DNA from: Obrimoposthia wandeli
Lineage: Eukaryota
Assembly: GCA_977020255.1 (NCBI GenBank)
Contig: CDROCS010005497.1
Span: forward strand, 1-64,000
Length of the DNA: 64,000 nucleotides
Reading direction: 5' to 3'
Under the pieces are notes generated by a model, which searched no databases, was not told the DNA's origin, and worked only from the letters and a program-made list of their open reading frames with translations. This document shows positions 7,990 through 17,643 of this stretch, in pieces (within the stretch, counting starts at the first letter, position 1; each line of letters opens with the position of its first letter). The translations under genes were made by a program, and so were the position numbers.

Positions 7990-8112
7990 GCAATAGCCGT
8001 ACAACTAGAGAGTACACCAGGAGACTTGAAAATGGTCTGTTAACATTAGGTATACTGGCAAGCAGAAAGAGAAATCTGCCTATCGTTGGTTCAAATCCAA
8101 CCTATTGCTCCA
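7990..8112 (+). tRNA. tRNA-like element, 123 nt, with enlarged anticodon domain and long variable arm
   Basis: Acceptor GCAATAG/CTATTGC, encoded CCA 8110-8112, D-stem GTAC/GTAC, T-arm GTTGG-TTCAAAT-CCAAC, variable hairpin GCAGA/TCTGC; CCAG/CTGG encloses 34 nt instead of a normal anticodon loop. Confidence 0.55.
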
Positions 8113-8273
8113 AGCAGAAACCAGCCAGAGATAGTTATAACAACTGTAGTGAGTTGAAAGCTTCCATAAGTAACACTAACTATTGGCGTTATGTGGTGGG
8201 CCTCGTGCCTTTCATAGTAACGAAAAATAAGCCCTTATGACTATCGTTGGGTGGTTTCACCTAAAGGAATACA

Positions 8274-8459
8274 ATGCTAACACTAGATAATCTTAATACA
8301 CTTAAAGAGTGCCTAAAATACCTAGAAACCAGAACAGTCTCTAAAGGATACTGGAAGAAAGAGAAGGAAGTATTAGATAAGCTTCACAAGAAGCAAGAAC
8401 AAAGAAGAAACCTTATAGAGCCTTCACCAGAATCTGAACATAAAACCTTCACAATCTAG
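8274..8459 (+). CDS. hypothetical protein
   Basis: AAGGA RBS, 61 aa ORF. Confidence 0.6.
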   Translation: MLTLDNLNTLKECLKYLETRTVSKGYWKKEKEVLDKLHKKQEQRRNLIEPSPESEHKTFTI

Positions 8460-8574
8460 CCTTAACAGCCACAGTAATATGCATAGTTATTTCTCGTGGC
8501 ATATTAGTACTCAACAGCGCAAGCTTGCCTACTATGACACCGATGGCTGAGTATGACCACCTTAAGGAGCCTTA

Positions 8575-9528
8575 ATGGCAAACCACAAGAAGACAAAAAA
8601 GATTTTGAACGACAACTGGAAGACCATTGCCAAAATGCGAGACGAAGGCACTCCTATTGGAGCTATTGCTAGAAAGTATAAAGTTTCCTACCAAGTACTA
8701 TTTGCAAGGTTCCAGAAGAGGTCTATTAAGCCACTAGTTGAGTCAAAAGTACCTAGAACACTAGTCCTAGATATAGAAAATGCCCCTATGCTTAGCTATC
8801 ATTGGGGACTTTGGCAGCAAAACATCAACAAACAAATGAGAGTCGAAGACAATCGCTCATACATGATGTCAATCGCAATGAAGTGGTTAGGAGAAGATCA
8901 AATATTCTACTTTGAAACTCGTTCAGAAGATGACTCTAAATTACTTAGAAAGCTTATGCCTTTCCTAGAAGAAGCAGATTTTGTTATAGGCCACAACGCA
9001 AAGAAATTCGATATAAAGAAGATCAACGCTTACGCTATCCTAAATAATCTCAAACCACCTTCACCCTTCAAAGTAATTGACACAATGCTTATAGCCAAAC
9101 AGCAATTTGCATTCGAACGTAATACCCTAGAATACCTAACAAACAAACTATGTACCGAAACGAAGTCCTCTCATGGAAAATTCCACGGATTCGAATTATG
9201 GTCAGAATGTATGAAAGGTAATGAAGAAGCTTGGACAGAAATGAAGCACTACAATATCCAAGATATTATAGCTACTGAAGAACTATACCTTAAACTTCGT
9301 CCTTGGGCCAAAGGTCACCCTAACATGGTAACAACATCGGATTCCCTAAACAAGAAATGTACTGTATGTGGTTCAAGAAAGATACACAAACACGGGTTTG
9401 TAAGAACAAACGTAAGTAAGTTCCAACAATACAAGTGTGAAGACTGTGGAGGATTCTCTCGAGGTAGAAAGAACTTACTTTCAAAAGAAGTACGTTCAGT
9501 CCTACTAACAAGTATTCCAAACAGCTAA
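8575..9528 (+). CDS. RNase H-fold 3'-5' exonuclease with N-terminal HTH-like region and C-terminal Zn ribbon
   Basis: LVLDIENAP, IGHNAKKFDI, IDTM, YNIQDI; CTVCGS...YKCEDCG. Confidence 0.85.
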   Translation: MANHKKTKKILNDNWKTIAKMRDEGTPIGAIARKYKVSYQVLFARFQKRSIKPLVESKVPRTLVLDIENAPMLSYHWGLWQQNINKQMRVEDNRSYMMSIAMKWLGEDQIFYFETRSEDDSKLLRKLMPFLEEADFVIGHNAKKFDIKKINAYAILNNLKPPSPFKVIDTMLIAKQQFAFERNTLEYLTNKLCTETKSSHGKFHGFELWSECMKGNEEAWTEMKHYNIQDIIATEELYLKLRPWAKGHPNMVTTSDSLNKKCTVCGSRKIHKHGFVRTNVSKFQQYKCEDCGGFSRGRKNLLSKEVRSVLLTSIPNS

Positions 9529-9530
9529 CA

Positions 9531-9965
9531 AAATCATTGGCAGTATCATCTAGATGAAGAAAACATGATGCCTAAGCCACGAAGTACTATAAGTTCATCA
9601 CTTAACTAGTCGGAAATAGCCAATGAGATTTAACTCCTGTAGAAGTATAAACTACACGTCAAAGCACGGTGGCGATTCCGGGAGAGACGTTAAACTTAGT
9701 TACTTGCCACGCCGTAAAACATCCTTCTCACGAGGGAAAGTCCTTGGGCAAGACTTACAAACAATAAATATTTATGAGACCTAGCTGGCGACCTTAAACT
9801 AGGTCTTAGTAAGTATTTTATCAGGTAAAGTGTAACTATATGCCTTCAAACCCCACGACAGATGATGTATTAAAAGGGAGTAAACGACTATAACACAGCA
9901 CAAGCTAGAGTTTCAGTGACTCTTTACTCCGTATTGGCGTACCTGAGAGACAGGGCTTGTGCTTA
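9531..9965 (+). ncRNA. putative structured ncRNA(s) of unknown family
   Basis: ~450 nt without a + strand ORF, with several long stems: AATCATTGGC/GCCAATGAGATT, ACGGTGGCG/TGCCACGCCGT, TGAGACCTAG/CTAGGTCTTA, AGCACAAGC/GCTTGTGCT. Confidence 0.45.
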
Positions 9966-9988
9966 CAACTTAACATAAAGGACAAACA

Positions 9989-10192
9989 ATGTTAGCAATA
10001 CTTGGATGGTTAGTAATAGTACTAGCGAGTAGCTGGGCTACCTTACTAGTTATAATAAGTTGTATATTTTCAGGAGGACCACTAGAGGCTCTAAAACATG
10101 AACCAATAGCGGTAATTCTAGTAAGCACACTAGCAGTGATAGGCTGGTACTATGTAATAACAGTAGCACCTTTCACAATGACAATAACTTAA
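9989..10192 (+). CDS. small membrane protein
   Basis: Two hydrophobic helices; AAGGA RBS. Confidence 0.6.
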   Translation: MLAILGWLVIVLASSWATLLVIISCIFSGGPLEALKHEPIAVILVSTLAVIGWYYVITVAPFTMTIT

Positions 10193-10284
10193 GGATAAAT
10201 AATGACAATAATATCAGAAATAATACTACCAGGCTTAATTGTTGGGACCTTCATTACCTATATCTACTGGCCGGATAAGCAACT

Positions 10285-11253
10285 ATGAAGCCAGAGTATT
10301 TAGCAAAGAAGTTACTCCCTAAAGGAGCTAAACTCATATACTTAACAGAGTATGGTTCAAAGCTATATGGCACTAACTCCGACGCCTCTGATACAGATTT
10401 CAAAGGTATATTTCTACCTTCATTAAACTCTATTATCCTAGGTACAGATATTGACACAATAGATTCAACAACAGGAAAAGAAAACTCAAAGAACACTTCT
10501 TCCGACATAGACATTACACTCTACTCATTACAAAAGTTCTTCAAACTAATCCGCAAAGGGGAGACAGGAGCATTAGACTTACTATTCTCTATGAACTCGC
10601 CCTCAAAAGTAAAAACTAGTCCAATCTCCAAAGAAATCTACCGAAACCACAAATCCTTAGTAAGCTCAAACTCACATGCCTTCATCGGCTACTGTATGGG
10701 ACAAGCTTCTAAGTATGGAATCAAAGGTTCCCGCTATGGAGATTTACTCTCCTTCAGCAAATATCTAGACAAATTCGATGATCCATTCTCATTAGAAGAA
10801 CCAGCATCAACTCTAAACATAGAAACATTCACATACATACTCCCAATTCAACGTCAAGAACAGTCCTATATCTCAATCTTAGGAAAACTATACCCTCTTA
10901 CACGTCCAATCCGAGCAATCAAAGAACTAGTCACATCAGAACTATCTCGATACGGTGACAGAGCTAAAGCTGCTAACTCCGGAACAGATTGGAAAGCATT
11001 ATCACACGCATTACGAGTAATATACCAGCTAAAAGACCTTGCCTTAACAGGCACAATAACATTTCCAATACCATCTGCTAGACAAGTAATGGACATCAAA
11101 TACAACTCAGACGAATCTGATCTACAACACATTCTAGACAAAATAGCCTCAGAAATTACAAAGACAGAACAAATACTAACAACATCCAACCTAAAACTAA
11201 ACGTAAACAACGACCTTATTGACCAATTAATCCTTAAGGCTTACAAACTATAA
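10285..11253 (+). CDS. predicted nucleotidyltransferase (Pol beta superfamily, phage NrdC.11/RlaP-like)
   Basis: YGSKLYGTNSDASDTDFKGIF; DITLYSLQKF; DWKALSHALR. Confidence 0.85.
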   Translation: MKPEYLAKKLLPKGAKLIYLTEYGSKLYGTNSDASDTDFKGIFLPSLNSIILGTDIDTIDSTTGKENSKNTSSDIDITLYSLQKFFKLIRKGETGALDLLFSMNSPSKVKTSPISKEIYRNHKSLVSSNSHAFIGYCMGQASKYGIKGSRYGDLLSFSKYLDKFDDPFSLEEPASTLNIETFTYILPIQRQEQSYISILGKLYPLTRPIRAIKELVTSELSRYGDRAKAANSGTDWKALSHALRVIYQLKDLALTGTITFPIPSARQVMDIKYNSDESDLQHILDKIASEITKTEQILTTSNLKLNVNNDLIDQLILKAYKL

Positions 11254-11264
11254 GGAGAACTACC

Positions 11265-11447
11265 ATGTCTGAAGAAGATAAAAAATATATTGCAAAACTA
11301 AATACTGAGAATGTAGCCAGAGAACAAAAAACCTGCAATTACGGATCCCCAGTTGATGATTATATAACTGCTCAAGAGATGATTGACTCTTTTGAAAGTT
11401 ACCTAGAATACAGACCTGAAGGAGAAATTAATGCTAAAACAAGTTAA
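11265..11447 (+). CDS. hypothetical protein
   Basis: AAGGAG RBS, 60 aa. Confidence 0.55.
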   Translation: MSEEDKKYIAKLNTENVAREQKTCNYGSPVDDYITAQEMIDSFESYLEYRPEGEINAKTS

Positions 11448-13698
11448 AGCCGACTTAGACTCCTATGGAGCCTTATCCGGAGACTTACCCCCAATTGTAA
11501 ATCTAGTTACAAGAAGTATACCAGACCCGCGAGTCCCAGAAACAATGAAAACAATCATCGCAATCTCCGAAATCATCTCCTTTGCCTCTCAGTTTAGACG
11601 AAATATGTGGCACTGGGATGGCTTCGAACTGCCAATCAATGCTTCATCATTCCTAATTGCTGGCTCAGGTATGGGTAAAGATTCCTCTGTAAAAGCAGCC
11701 AGAAGGTCATTCTCAGCAGCCTATGAAATAATTGAGGTAAGGCGAAAAGAATTTGCTAAGACTCAAGCAATCCAGGCAGCCTCAAATGCAGGAGAAGATT
11801 CTCCCCACGAATTTGACTGTTACAAGAAGTTCTACGATGATCCAGCACCAGTTCTTATGGCCCCAACAACACCACAAGGATTAATCCAACACCTAAATGA
11901 TATATCAATACACTCTTATGGGGCAGGTACAATATACTCTGGTGAAATAGGTGACGAACTAGCAACCAATGCCAACATGTTAGAAATAATCAAAACAATC
12001 GCCGAAACATACGACACCGGAGATAAAGAAGTAGTATACACCAAAGGTAAGGAACACCGTTCAAAAGAGATAAAAGCATTATCACTTAACTCCCTTTTAA
12101 TGGGCTCTCCAAACTACCTCCTATATGATGCTCCAACTCGTCAAAAATTCTTAATAGCCTTCGGATCAAAGCTAGCCCGAAGAACATTCTTTGGTTACAT
12201 CCCTCACGCTCTCCCAAAAATAGAGTACACAGGCCCCAACGCAGTTAAAGATATGATCGCCGACAAGAAGAAATTCCGATTAGAAGCCTCAAACGTAAAA
12301 GAAAAGATATCCGCAGGCGCTTGCCAACTAGCAGAATTCCATCTAGCCAAAAAGAACGAACTTCTACAAATCGACGAAGAAGTATTCGAACTTTTTGAGA
12401 CATACAAAAGATACAACGAAGAGCTCGGAGAACAAATAAACTCCAAACACCCTCTTTCAAGGCTAGTACGAGAACATCTTCAGTGGAAAGCCCTTAAGCT
12501 AGCTGGAGCCTTCGCTATCCTAAATATGCACAACACAGTACAATTAGACGACTACATCTTCGCTATCCGTTACTGTGAAATGATAGATGGAGACATGACT
12601 GCATTCGAAACCGAATTAGTTAAGGAACCCTATGAACTATTCGCTGACTACATGAAAACACTTTCACCACCAGATGGAGAAGCAGAGATGTCTCTACACG
12701 ACCTAAAAAAACTAGGCTACGTATCAGGAGTAATCAACAACGCTAAACTTAAAGATTTAGTTTTCATGGCATCATCATATGACAAAGATGCAGTATACAC
12801 CTATGATGAACATACAGTATTCTATAAAGAAGTTAAGAAAGTCACAAACTTCAACTTATCCTTCATACCAGTCGACAACTCTCCAATCTTCAAAGTAATC
12901 GAAGCAGGAGGCTCCCACGACGAGCTTCAAAAAGCTAAATCAATAGTAGCTAAAACTGCTAATGGAACGCTACAAACTGGAGAAGTAGCCTTCAAAGACC
13001 TTGCAGGAATGCTAGAAAAAGACTTTGCATACTCTCCATTCACATACAAAGACAACAAACGAAGCAAAAACTCAATAATAACTGGAACTAAATTTCTCGT
13101 ACTTGACGTAGATACTTCAGAGATAACAGCAACCGAGGCTCATTATATTCTTCAAGATATAAATCACCATGTTGCACTATCTTCAGATGCTTCCAACGAA
13201 TTCAAATTCCGAGTAATCATCGAACTAGACTCTATAGTTGACGAATCTGCTGCTGTTTGGCAACATTTCTACAAATCTGTTTCCGAGTCCTTAGCATTAA
13301 ACGTCGACCCTCTACCACAATCACAACTATTCTTCTCCTATGGAGGCAGAAAAGTATTGTCAATAGTAGACCGAGACCCACTTGAAGTACGAGATCATCT
13401 AATGATCGCCCACGACAAAGCAAATGCTAAACCAATCGTAGACAAAGTAATAACTAATCCTCAAAAATTAGCTATGCTTGCAGACGAACTAACAACATTT
13501 GCCTACTGCTTTGAGTGCCCCCTTGATGGAGGCGGATCTAGATCAATGATCAAAATGGCATACCATGCCAGAAAGCTAGGCATGAACATCACGGAAATCA
13601 TCGAACTTATCCACAGAGCCAACAGCTATTGGGATTATCCAATGGATCAAGAAATCCTTCAAAACACTCTAATCAACCAAGTATCAAGGTGGACATAA
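11431..13698 (+). CDS. primase/helicase-like replication protein (N4 gp43-like)
   Basis: Walker A-like AGSGMGKDS, YSGEIGDEL; C-terminal primase-like FLVLDVD...FRVIIEL; size and position match N4-like replication modules. Confidence 0.7.
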   Translation: MLKQVKADLDSYGALSGDLPPIVNLVTRSIPDPRVPETMKTIIAISEIISFASQFRRNMWHWDGFELPINASSFLIAGSGMGKDSSVKAARRSFSAAYEIIEVRRKEFAKTQAIQAASNAGEDSPHEFDCYKKFYDDPAPVLMAPTTPQGLIQHLNDISIHSYGAGTIYSGEIGDELATNANMLEIIKTIAETYDTGDKEVVYTKGKEHRSKEIKALSLNSLLMGSPNYLLYDAPTRQKFLIAFGSKLARRTFFGYIPHALPKIEYTGPNAVKDMIADKKKFRLEASNVKEKISAGACQLAEFHLAKKNELLQIDEEVFELFETYKRYNEELGEQINSKHPLSRLVREHLQWKALKLAGAFAILNMHNTVQLDDYIFAIRYCEMIDGDMTAFETELVKEPYELFADYMKTLSPPDGEAEMSLHDLKKLGYVSGVINNAKLKDLVFMASSYDKDAVYTYDEHTVFYKEVKKVTNFNLSFIPVDNSPIFKVIEAGGSHDELQKAKSIVAKTANGTLQTGEVAFKDLAGMLEKDFAYSPFTYKDNKRSKNSIITGTKFLVLDVDTSEITATEAHYILQDINHHVALSSDASNEFKFRVIIELDSIVDESAAVWQHFYKSVSESLALNVDPLPQSQLFFSYGGRKVLSIVDRDPLEVRDHLMIAHDKANAKPIVDKVITNPQKLAMLADELTTFAYCFECPLDGGGSRSMIKMAYHARKLGMNITEIIELIHRANSYWDYPMDQEILQNTLINQVSRWT

Positions 13699-13937
13699 TG
13701 ATAATAAAAATAGACGACATAGACTACGAGTTAGTACCTGTTCCTCCTACACCTGCGTTCAAACTTTTAGATATCATCCAATTTCATATTGGAGAAGACT
13801 CTGAGAAACAGGTAGTTACAGCTATATCTCAAGATAGGTACCACTTAGATTTTTCCAATAGCTATGTACAATTCTTAGACCAAGAGCAGTACAATAAGAT
13901 CGGAAAAGCAGCACTAATAAAAGACTACACACTATGA
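13698..13937 (+). CDS. hypothetical protein
   Basis: Likely start at the TAATG overlap at 13698 (track starts at 13629). Confidence 0.55.
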   Translation: MIIKIDDIDYELVPVPPTPAFKLLDIIQFHIGEDSEKQVVTAISQDRYHLDFSNSYVQFLDQEQYNKIGKAALIKDYTL

Positions 13938-14596
13938 ATATAACCGTAATCTCAGACACTCACGGAGCACATGAACAGATAAACCTAAACGCATTCAAGA
14001 ACACCGACGTCCTAATTCATTCAGGAGACTTCGCAATGTCAAGGAGAAATTCCGTAACTCAGGCACACACCTTCCTAAGATGGTTTAATCAGCTCAATGT
14101 CCCTCATAAGATACTAGTTGCAGGTAATCACGACTATGTCCCATTTGATGTGGCAACATTCCCAGAGATAATTAAAGAAAAGTATGCTTCAATAACATAT
14201 CTTCAAGACTCTGAGGTAACAATAGAAGGTTATAAATTTTATGGCTCACCGTACTCTAACGAGTTCTGTGGTTGGGCATTCATGGAGGATGAACTAGAAC
14301 TAGCCCCAATCTGGGACAAAATCCCTAATGATACTAATATTCTTATAACTCATGGACCATCAAGAGGAATACTAGACAAAGTCATTCGGGGAGGTTTACA
14401 TGTAGGAAGTTCAACTCTTACAGAAAAATTAGAGCATTTGAACGAGCTTAAAGTCCACATCTCAGGCCATATCCATGAAGCATATGGGATACATTATGAT
14501 AAACACTTATCAGTAAATGCATCACTAATGACTGACCAGTATTGGCCAATAAACCCTCCGATCTCTTTCACTCTAAAGGATAAAGAAAATGAATAA
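13934..14596 (+). CDS. calcineurin-like metallophosphoesterase
   Basis: ISDTHG, HSGDF, AGNHD, ITHGP, SGHIHE. Confidence 0.9.
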   Translation: MNITVISDTHGAHEQINLNAFKNTDVLIHSGDFAMSRRNSVTQAHTFLRWFNQLNVPHKILVAGNHDYVPFDVATFPEIIKEKYASITYLQDSEVTIEGYKFYGSPYSNEFCGWAFMEDELELAPIWDKIPNDTNILITHGPSRGILDKVIRGGLHVGSSTLTEKLEHLNELKVHISGHIHEAYGIHYDKHLSVNASLMTDQYWPINPPISFTLKDKENE

Positions 14597-15464
14597 AACT
14601 AAATTAGACTACACATCAGGGGCTACAATAATTCCCGCAGATGCTTTTGGAATCTCCCCCTCAAACGTTGGTAAATTTTTCACAACGCCCTACGACTGGT
14701 ACCAGTCCCAGATACTAGGTAACGAGACCTTTACAGGCTCCACAGCTACCTTTCTAGGGACAGTAACACACTTTTGTGCAGAACAGTATGCTGAGACAAA
14801 GAAAGTAGACAAAGCAGAGATATTCCAATATCTATATAACCACTTATGCCTATCATGTCCTCCCTTACCCAAGAGCATTGAGGAAGCAGAGGCATTCCTA
14901 TATAAGTACGCTAATCACCCTGAGATTGACTGTCGCTATATCCTAGATCAGTACAAGCACATGGGGAACGCAGTCGTACAAACTATAAAATCAATGCCTA
15001 TAACACAAACAGAAGAATTAATCTGTAGAGAAGTAATGCCTGGCTATTATGCATCAGGTTCAGCCGATATGGTTTCCAACAACAAACACCTATTTGATTA
15101 CAAAACCACATCAGCCTTAACCGCTCCAAAATCCATTACTTACGCATACAAGCTACAATTATTAACTTACGCCTGGATATACCAAAAACAAGGTATCAAG
15201 ATCGAGACAATCAACATTATGTGGATTACGAACAATCAAACAGGAAGAGTAGGTAAGACAGGAAATCCTTTACCTGACAAACCAGCCGTGACGTCAATAA
15301 CAACACTATCAATAACTCAAGAAGACCTAGAAACAATCGAAAACCTTCTAAAGTTAATGTGTGAAACTGTAGACTTCGTTAAACAAATGCCTGAATACGC
15401 TCACATAGCCTTCAGAGACAACAGATTAAGACCTCAACCAAAACTTAAAGAATTCAAATTCTAA
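14589..15464 (+). CDS. PD-(D/E)XK nuclease (Cas4/RecB-like exonuclease)
   Basis: GTVTH, SGSADM, FDYKTT, QLLTYAWIY. Confidence 0.8.
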   Translation: MNKTKLDYTSGATIIPADAFGISPSNVGKFFTTPYDWYQSQILGNETFTGSTATFLGTVTHFCAEQYAETKKVDKAEIFQYLYNHLCLSCPPLPKSIEEAEAFLYKYANHPEIDCRYILDQYKHMGNAVVQTIKSMPITQTEELICREVMPGYYASGSADMVSNNKHLFDYKTTSALTAPKSITYAYKLQLLTYAWIYQKQGIKIETINIMWITNNQTGRVGKTGNPLPDKPAVTSITTLSITQEDLETIENLLKLMCETVDFVKQMPEYAHIAFRDNRLRPQPKLKEFKF

Positions 15465-15483
15465 TAAATCACAAGGAACATAA

Positions 15484-16146
15484 ATGGCTGTAAAAGCACT
15501 CGTAGCTGCGGTAAGTAACGCAGGAAAAACAACATTACTATCAACATTAACTGATGCATATATTGTATCTCATGACGGGAAAAATTTCCCTTACTCAATA
15601 CCTCATACAAATGTCCCTACTTTTGACAGTATTCAGGAGCTTATTGCCCTATCTACAGAGAAGCTACAGGCATACAAAGCTAAGTTCGGAGAATTACCAA
15701 AGACAGTAGGTTATGATTCAGTCTCAAAAATATTTGACACTATTTATGATAACTGTAATAGAAAGCATACTGGATTTAAGATCTACTCAGAAATTGACAT
15801 GGAAATTAAGGCTTTTACTGATTACATTCAAAATGTGTTAATCACTAATGGTATGAATGTTATACTCTTATCTCATGCTATCTATGACTCTGAGACAGCG
15901 TCATACTCTCTAGTAGGTAAAGGATCATTTAGTAAAAGAGGTGGATTTTTAGCCGAAGTAGACTCAAGTATTTTTATAGAGACAAAAAATAATAAACGTA
16001 TAATCCATCATAGATCTACAAAATTCCCTGCTAGGACTCTAGATACAAGCTTGCCAGACTCCGAACCTGTGGATGGTTTTAGTTTGCAGGAATACATAAC
16101 AACTCTTGCAAAATCTACAGATCAGGCAGCAGATTTTATATTATAA
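15484..16146 (+). CDS. AAA-family ATPase (Sak4/N4 gp44-like recombination protein)
   Basis: AVSNAGKTT, GYDSVS, ILLSH. Confidence 0.75.
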   Translation: MAVKALVAAVSNAGKTTLLSTLTDAYIVSHDGKNFPYSIPHTNVPTFDSIQELIALSTEKLQAYKAKFGELPKTVGYDSVSKIFDTIYDNCNRKHTGFKIYSEIDMEIKAFTDYIQNVLITNGMNVILLSHAIYDSETASYSLVGKGSFSKRGGFLAEVDSSIFIETKNNKRIIHHRSTKFPARTLDTSLPDSEPVDGFSLQEYITTLAKSTDQAADFIL

Positions 16147-16171
16147 TTTAATACTTAGCCAAGGTAGATAA

Positions 16172-16180
16172 TGCTATAAT
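16172..16180 (+). promoter_or_regulatory. extended -10 promoter (TGCTATAAT) for the GIY-YIG gene
   Basis: Perfect TGn-TATAAT upstream of an AAGGAG RBS and ATG 16199. Confidence 0.65.
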
Positions 16181-16198
16181 AGGTAAAGGAGTAAAAAA

Positions 16199-16930
16199 AT
16201 GTACCACTATACTTATATTATACAACATAGAACTACATCTAAGAGATATATTGGAGTAAGATCTAGCAAAGTTATCCCAGTACTCGATATAGAGTATTGG
16301 GGAAGCAGTAAGCATCTACCCTCAGATATTCAATTAAATCACAGTAAGTTCATCCTAAAAGAGTTCACAACAAGGGGTGAAGCAGTGGAACACGAAATAG
16401 AGCTCCATAAGCTAAACAGCGTAGCAACAAATATTAACTACTATAACAAAGCCTGCCAAACCTCTAAAGGTTTTGACACTTCTGGAACTAAACTAACTTT
16501 TACCTCTCTCCATAAGGCCAGAATAAGTAAAGGCCTAACAGGATACAAAAGAACAGAGAAGGAAAAACTAACCAATAGTAATGCCCAGAAGGCCTTATAT
16601 GCTAGAGGTTACATAAACCCAAGAGCAGGGATAACTATGTCTGAGGGACTTAAGACTAAGATATCAGAAAGAAAGAAACACTTAGAGTGTGGCAAAGGAA
16701 TTAAAAACAGTAGGTTCAAGCCTTGGTTTATCTCCAATGCTTCTATTACTAAACTATTCTATACCACTACAAAAGAACAACAATCTATTACTGATGGTCA
16801 CTGTGATGCACAATACCAAAGGTTAGCGTCACGCTCAAGAGGTATTAAACCTATAACTAGAGGACCTTTTAAGGGCCTAATAGTTGGCAACATCCCAACA
16901 CCAGACCAGGCAGCAGACTACATCCTGTAA
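16199..16930 (+). CDS. free-standing GIY-YIG homing endonuclease (Seg-like)
   Basis: YTYII...RYIGVRS, YWGSS, E..LH; basic NUMOD-like C-terminal repeats. Confidence 0.85.
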   Translation: MYHYTYIIQHRTTSKRYIGVRSSKVIPVLDIEYWGSSKHLPSDIQLNHSKFILKEFTTRGEAVEHEIELHKLNSVATNINYYNKACQTSKGFDTSGTKLTFTSLHKARISKGLTGYKRTEKEKLTNSNAQKALYARGYINPRAGITMSEGLKTKISERKKHLECGKGIKNSRFKPWFISNASITKLFYTTTKEQQSITDGHCDAQYQRLASRSRGIKPITRGPFKGLIVGNIPTPDQAADYIL

Positions 16931-16958
16931 ACCAAGGCATTCTACCAGGAGTAAGACC
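16929..16958 (+). promoter_or_regulatory. conserved leader motif, copy 1 (upstream of ssb)
   Basis: AACCAAGGCATTCTACCAGGAGTAAGACC; near-identical to 20566-20597 and at the same distance from the ATG. Confidence 0.6.
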
Positions 16959-16987
16959 TACTATTTTTCAAAACATAAGGAACACAT

Positions 16988-17635
16988 ATGTCATTTTTCA
17001 ACATCCAAAAGAACGTAGAAGCCAACGTAGAGGCTACAGGTGGTGATTACATCTCTAAATCAGGTATCTACCCAATAACAATCAAATTTGTATCTATAGA
17101 TATGAATGCAAGTGGTGCTAGATCACTTAATTTCAATATTGATTACAAAGGTAACGAGACAACATTATGGGGATTAAAATTAGATAATAATGATGGTACT
17201 CCAAACTTCATGGCCCCAATTTTTAACAGATTATGTAATGTAACAGAGTTAGAAGGCCTATCAGAACCAGAAACGCAATCATACGTAGTTGGTAAAGATA
17301 AGAAAGAGCAAGAATTCTTAGTATTACCTGATTTTGCAGATTTCGAATGTGCTGTAAGAGTACAAGAAGAATACAGCAAATGGAATGGCGACATCAAGAA
17401 GAGATTAAACATCAAAAACTTCTACAGAACAGATGGCGCTTCAGCAGCAGAAGTAATCTCTGGTGAAAACATCGGTACGCAACTTGGAAAAGACAAAGCA
17501 TACGCAGATAACATCACTTACAAAGATTGTGATGCAGCAGAAGTTGCAGCTTGGAAAGGAGCTAAATCAGGTGGAGGAGCTTCAACGTCTCCAACACCTA
17601 AAGTGTCTACACCAACAATAAACATCTTCGGATAA
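16988..17635 (+). CDS. ssb: single-stranded DNA-binding protein (N4 gp45-like)
   Basis: Follows the AAA ATPase as in N4-like modules; YISKSGIYPITIK start; flexible G/S/P-rich tail ending IFG. Confidence 0.65.
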   Translation: MSFFNIQKNVEANVEATGGDYISKSGIYPITIKFVSIDMNASGARSLNFNIDYKGNETTLWGLKLDNNDGTPNFMAPIFNRLCNVTELEGLSEPETQSYVVGKDKKEQEFLVLPDFADFECAVRVQEEYSKWNGDIKKRLNIKNFYRTDGASAAEVISGENIGTQLGKDKAYADNITYKDCDAAEVAAWKGAKSGGGASTSPTPKVSTPTINIFG

Positions 17636-17643
17636 TAACATTT

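Noticed and set aside
8124-8187. Fourth retron-like unit (ATAGTTA/TAACTAT hairpin)
   Set aside because: It lacks the conserved CG-loop-CGGCT.TGTAAC motif and the TAG-ended 5' arm at the expected spacing. A 7-bp AT-rich match can arise by chance.
9740-9760. RNase P RNA-like GAGGGAAAGTCC
   Set aside because: The 3' half of P4 and the other universal RNase P segments are not found at the required distance.
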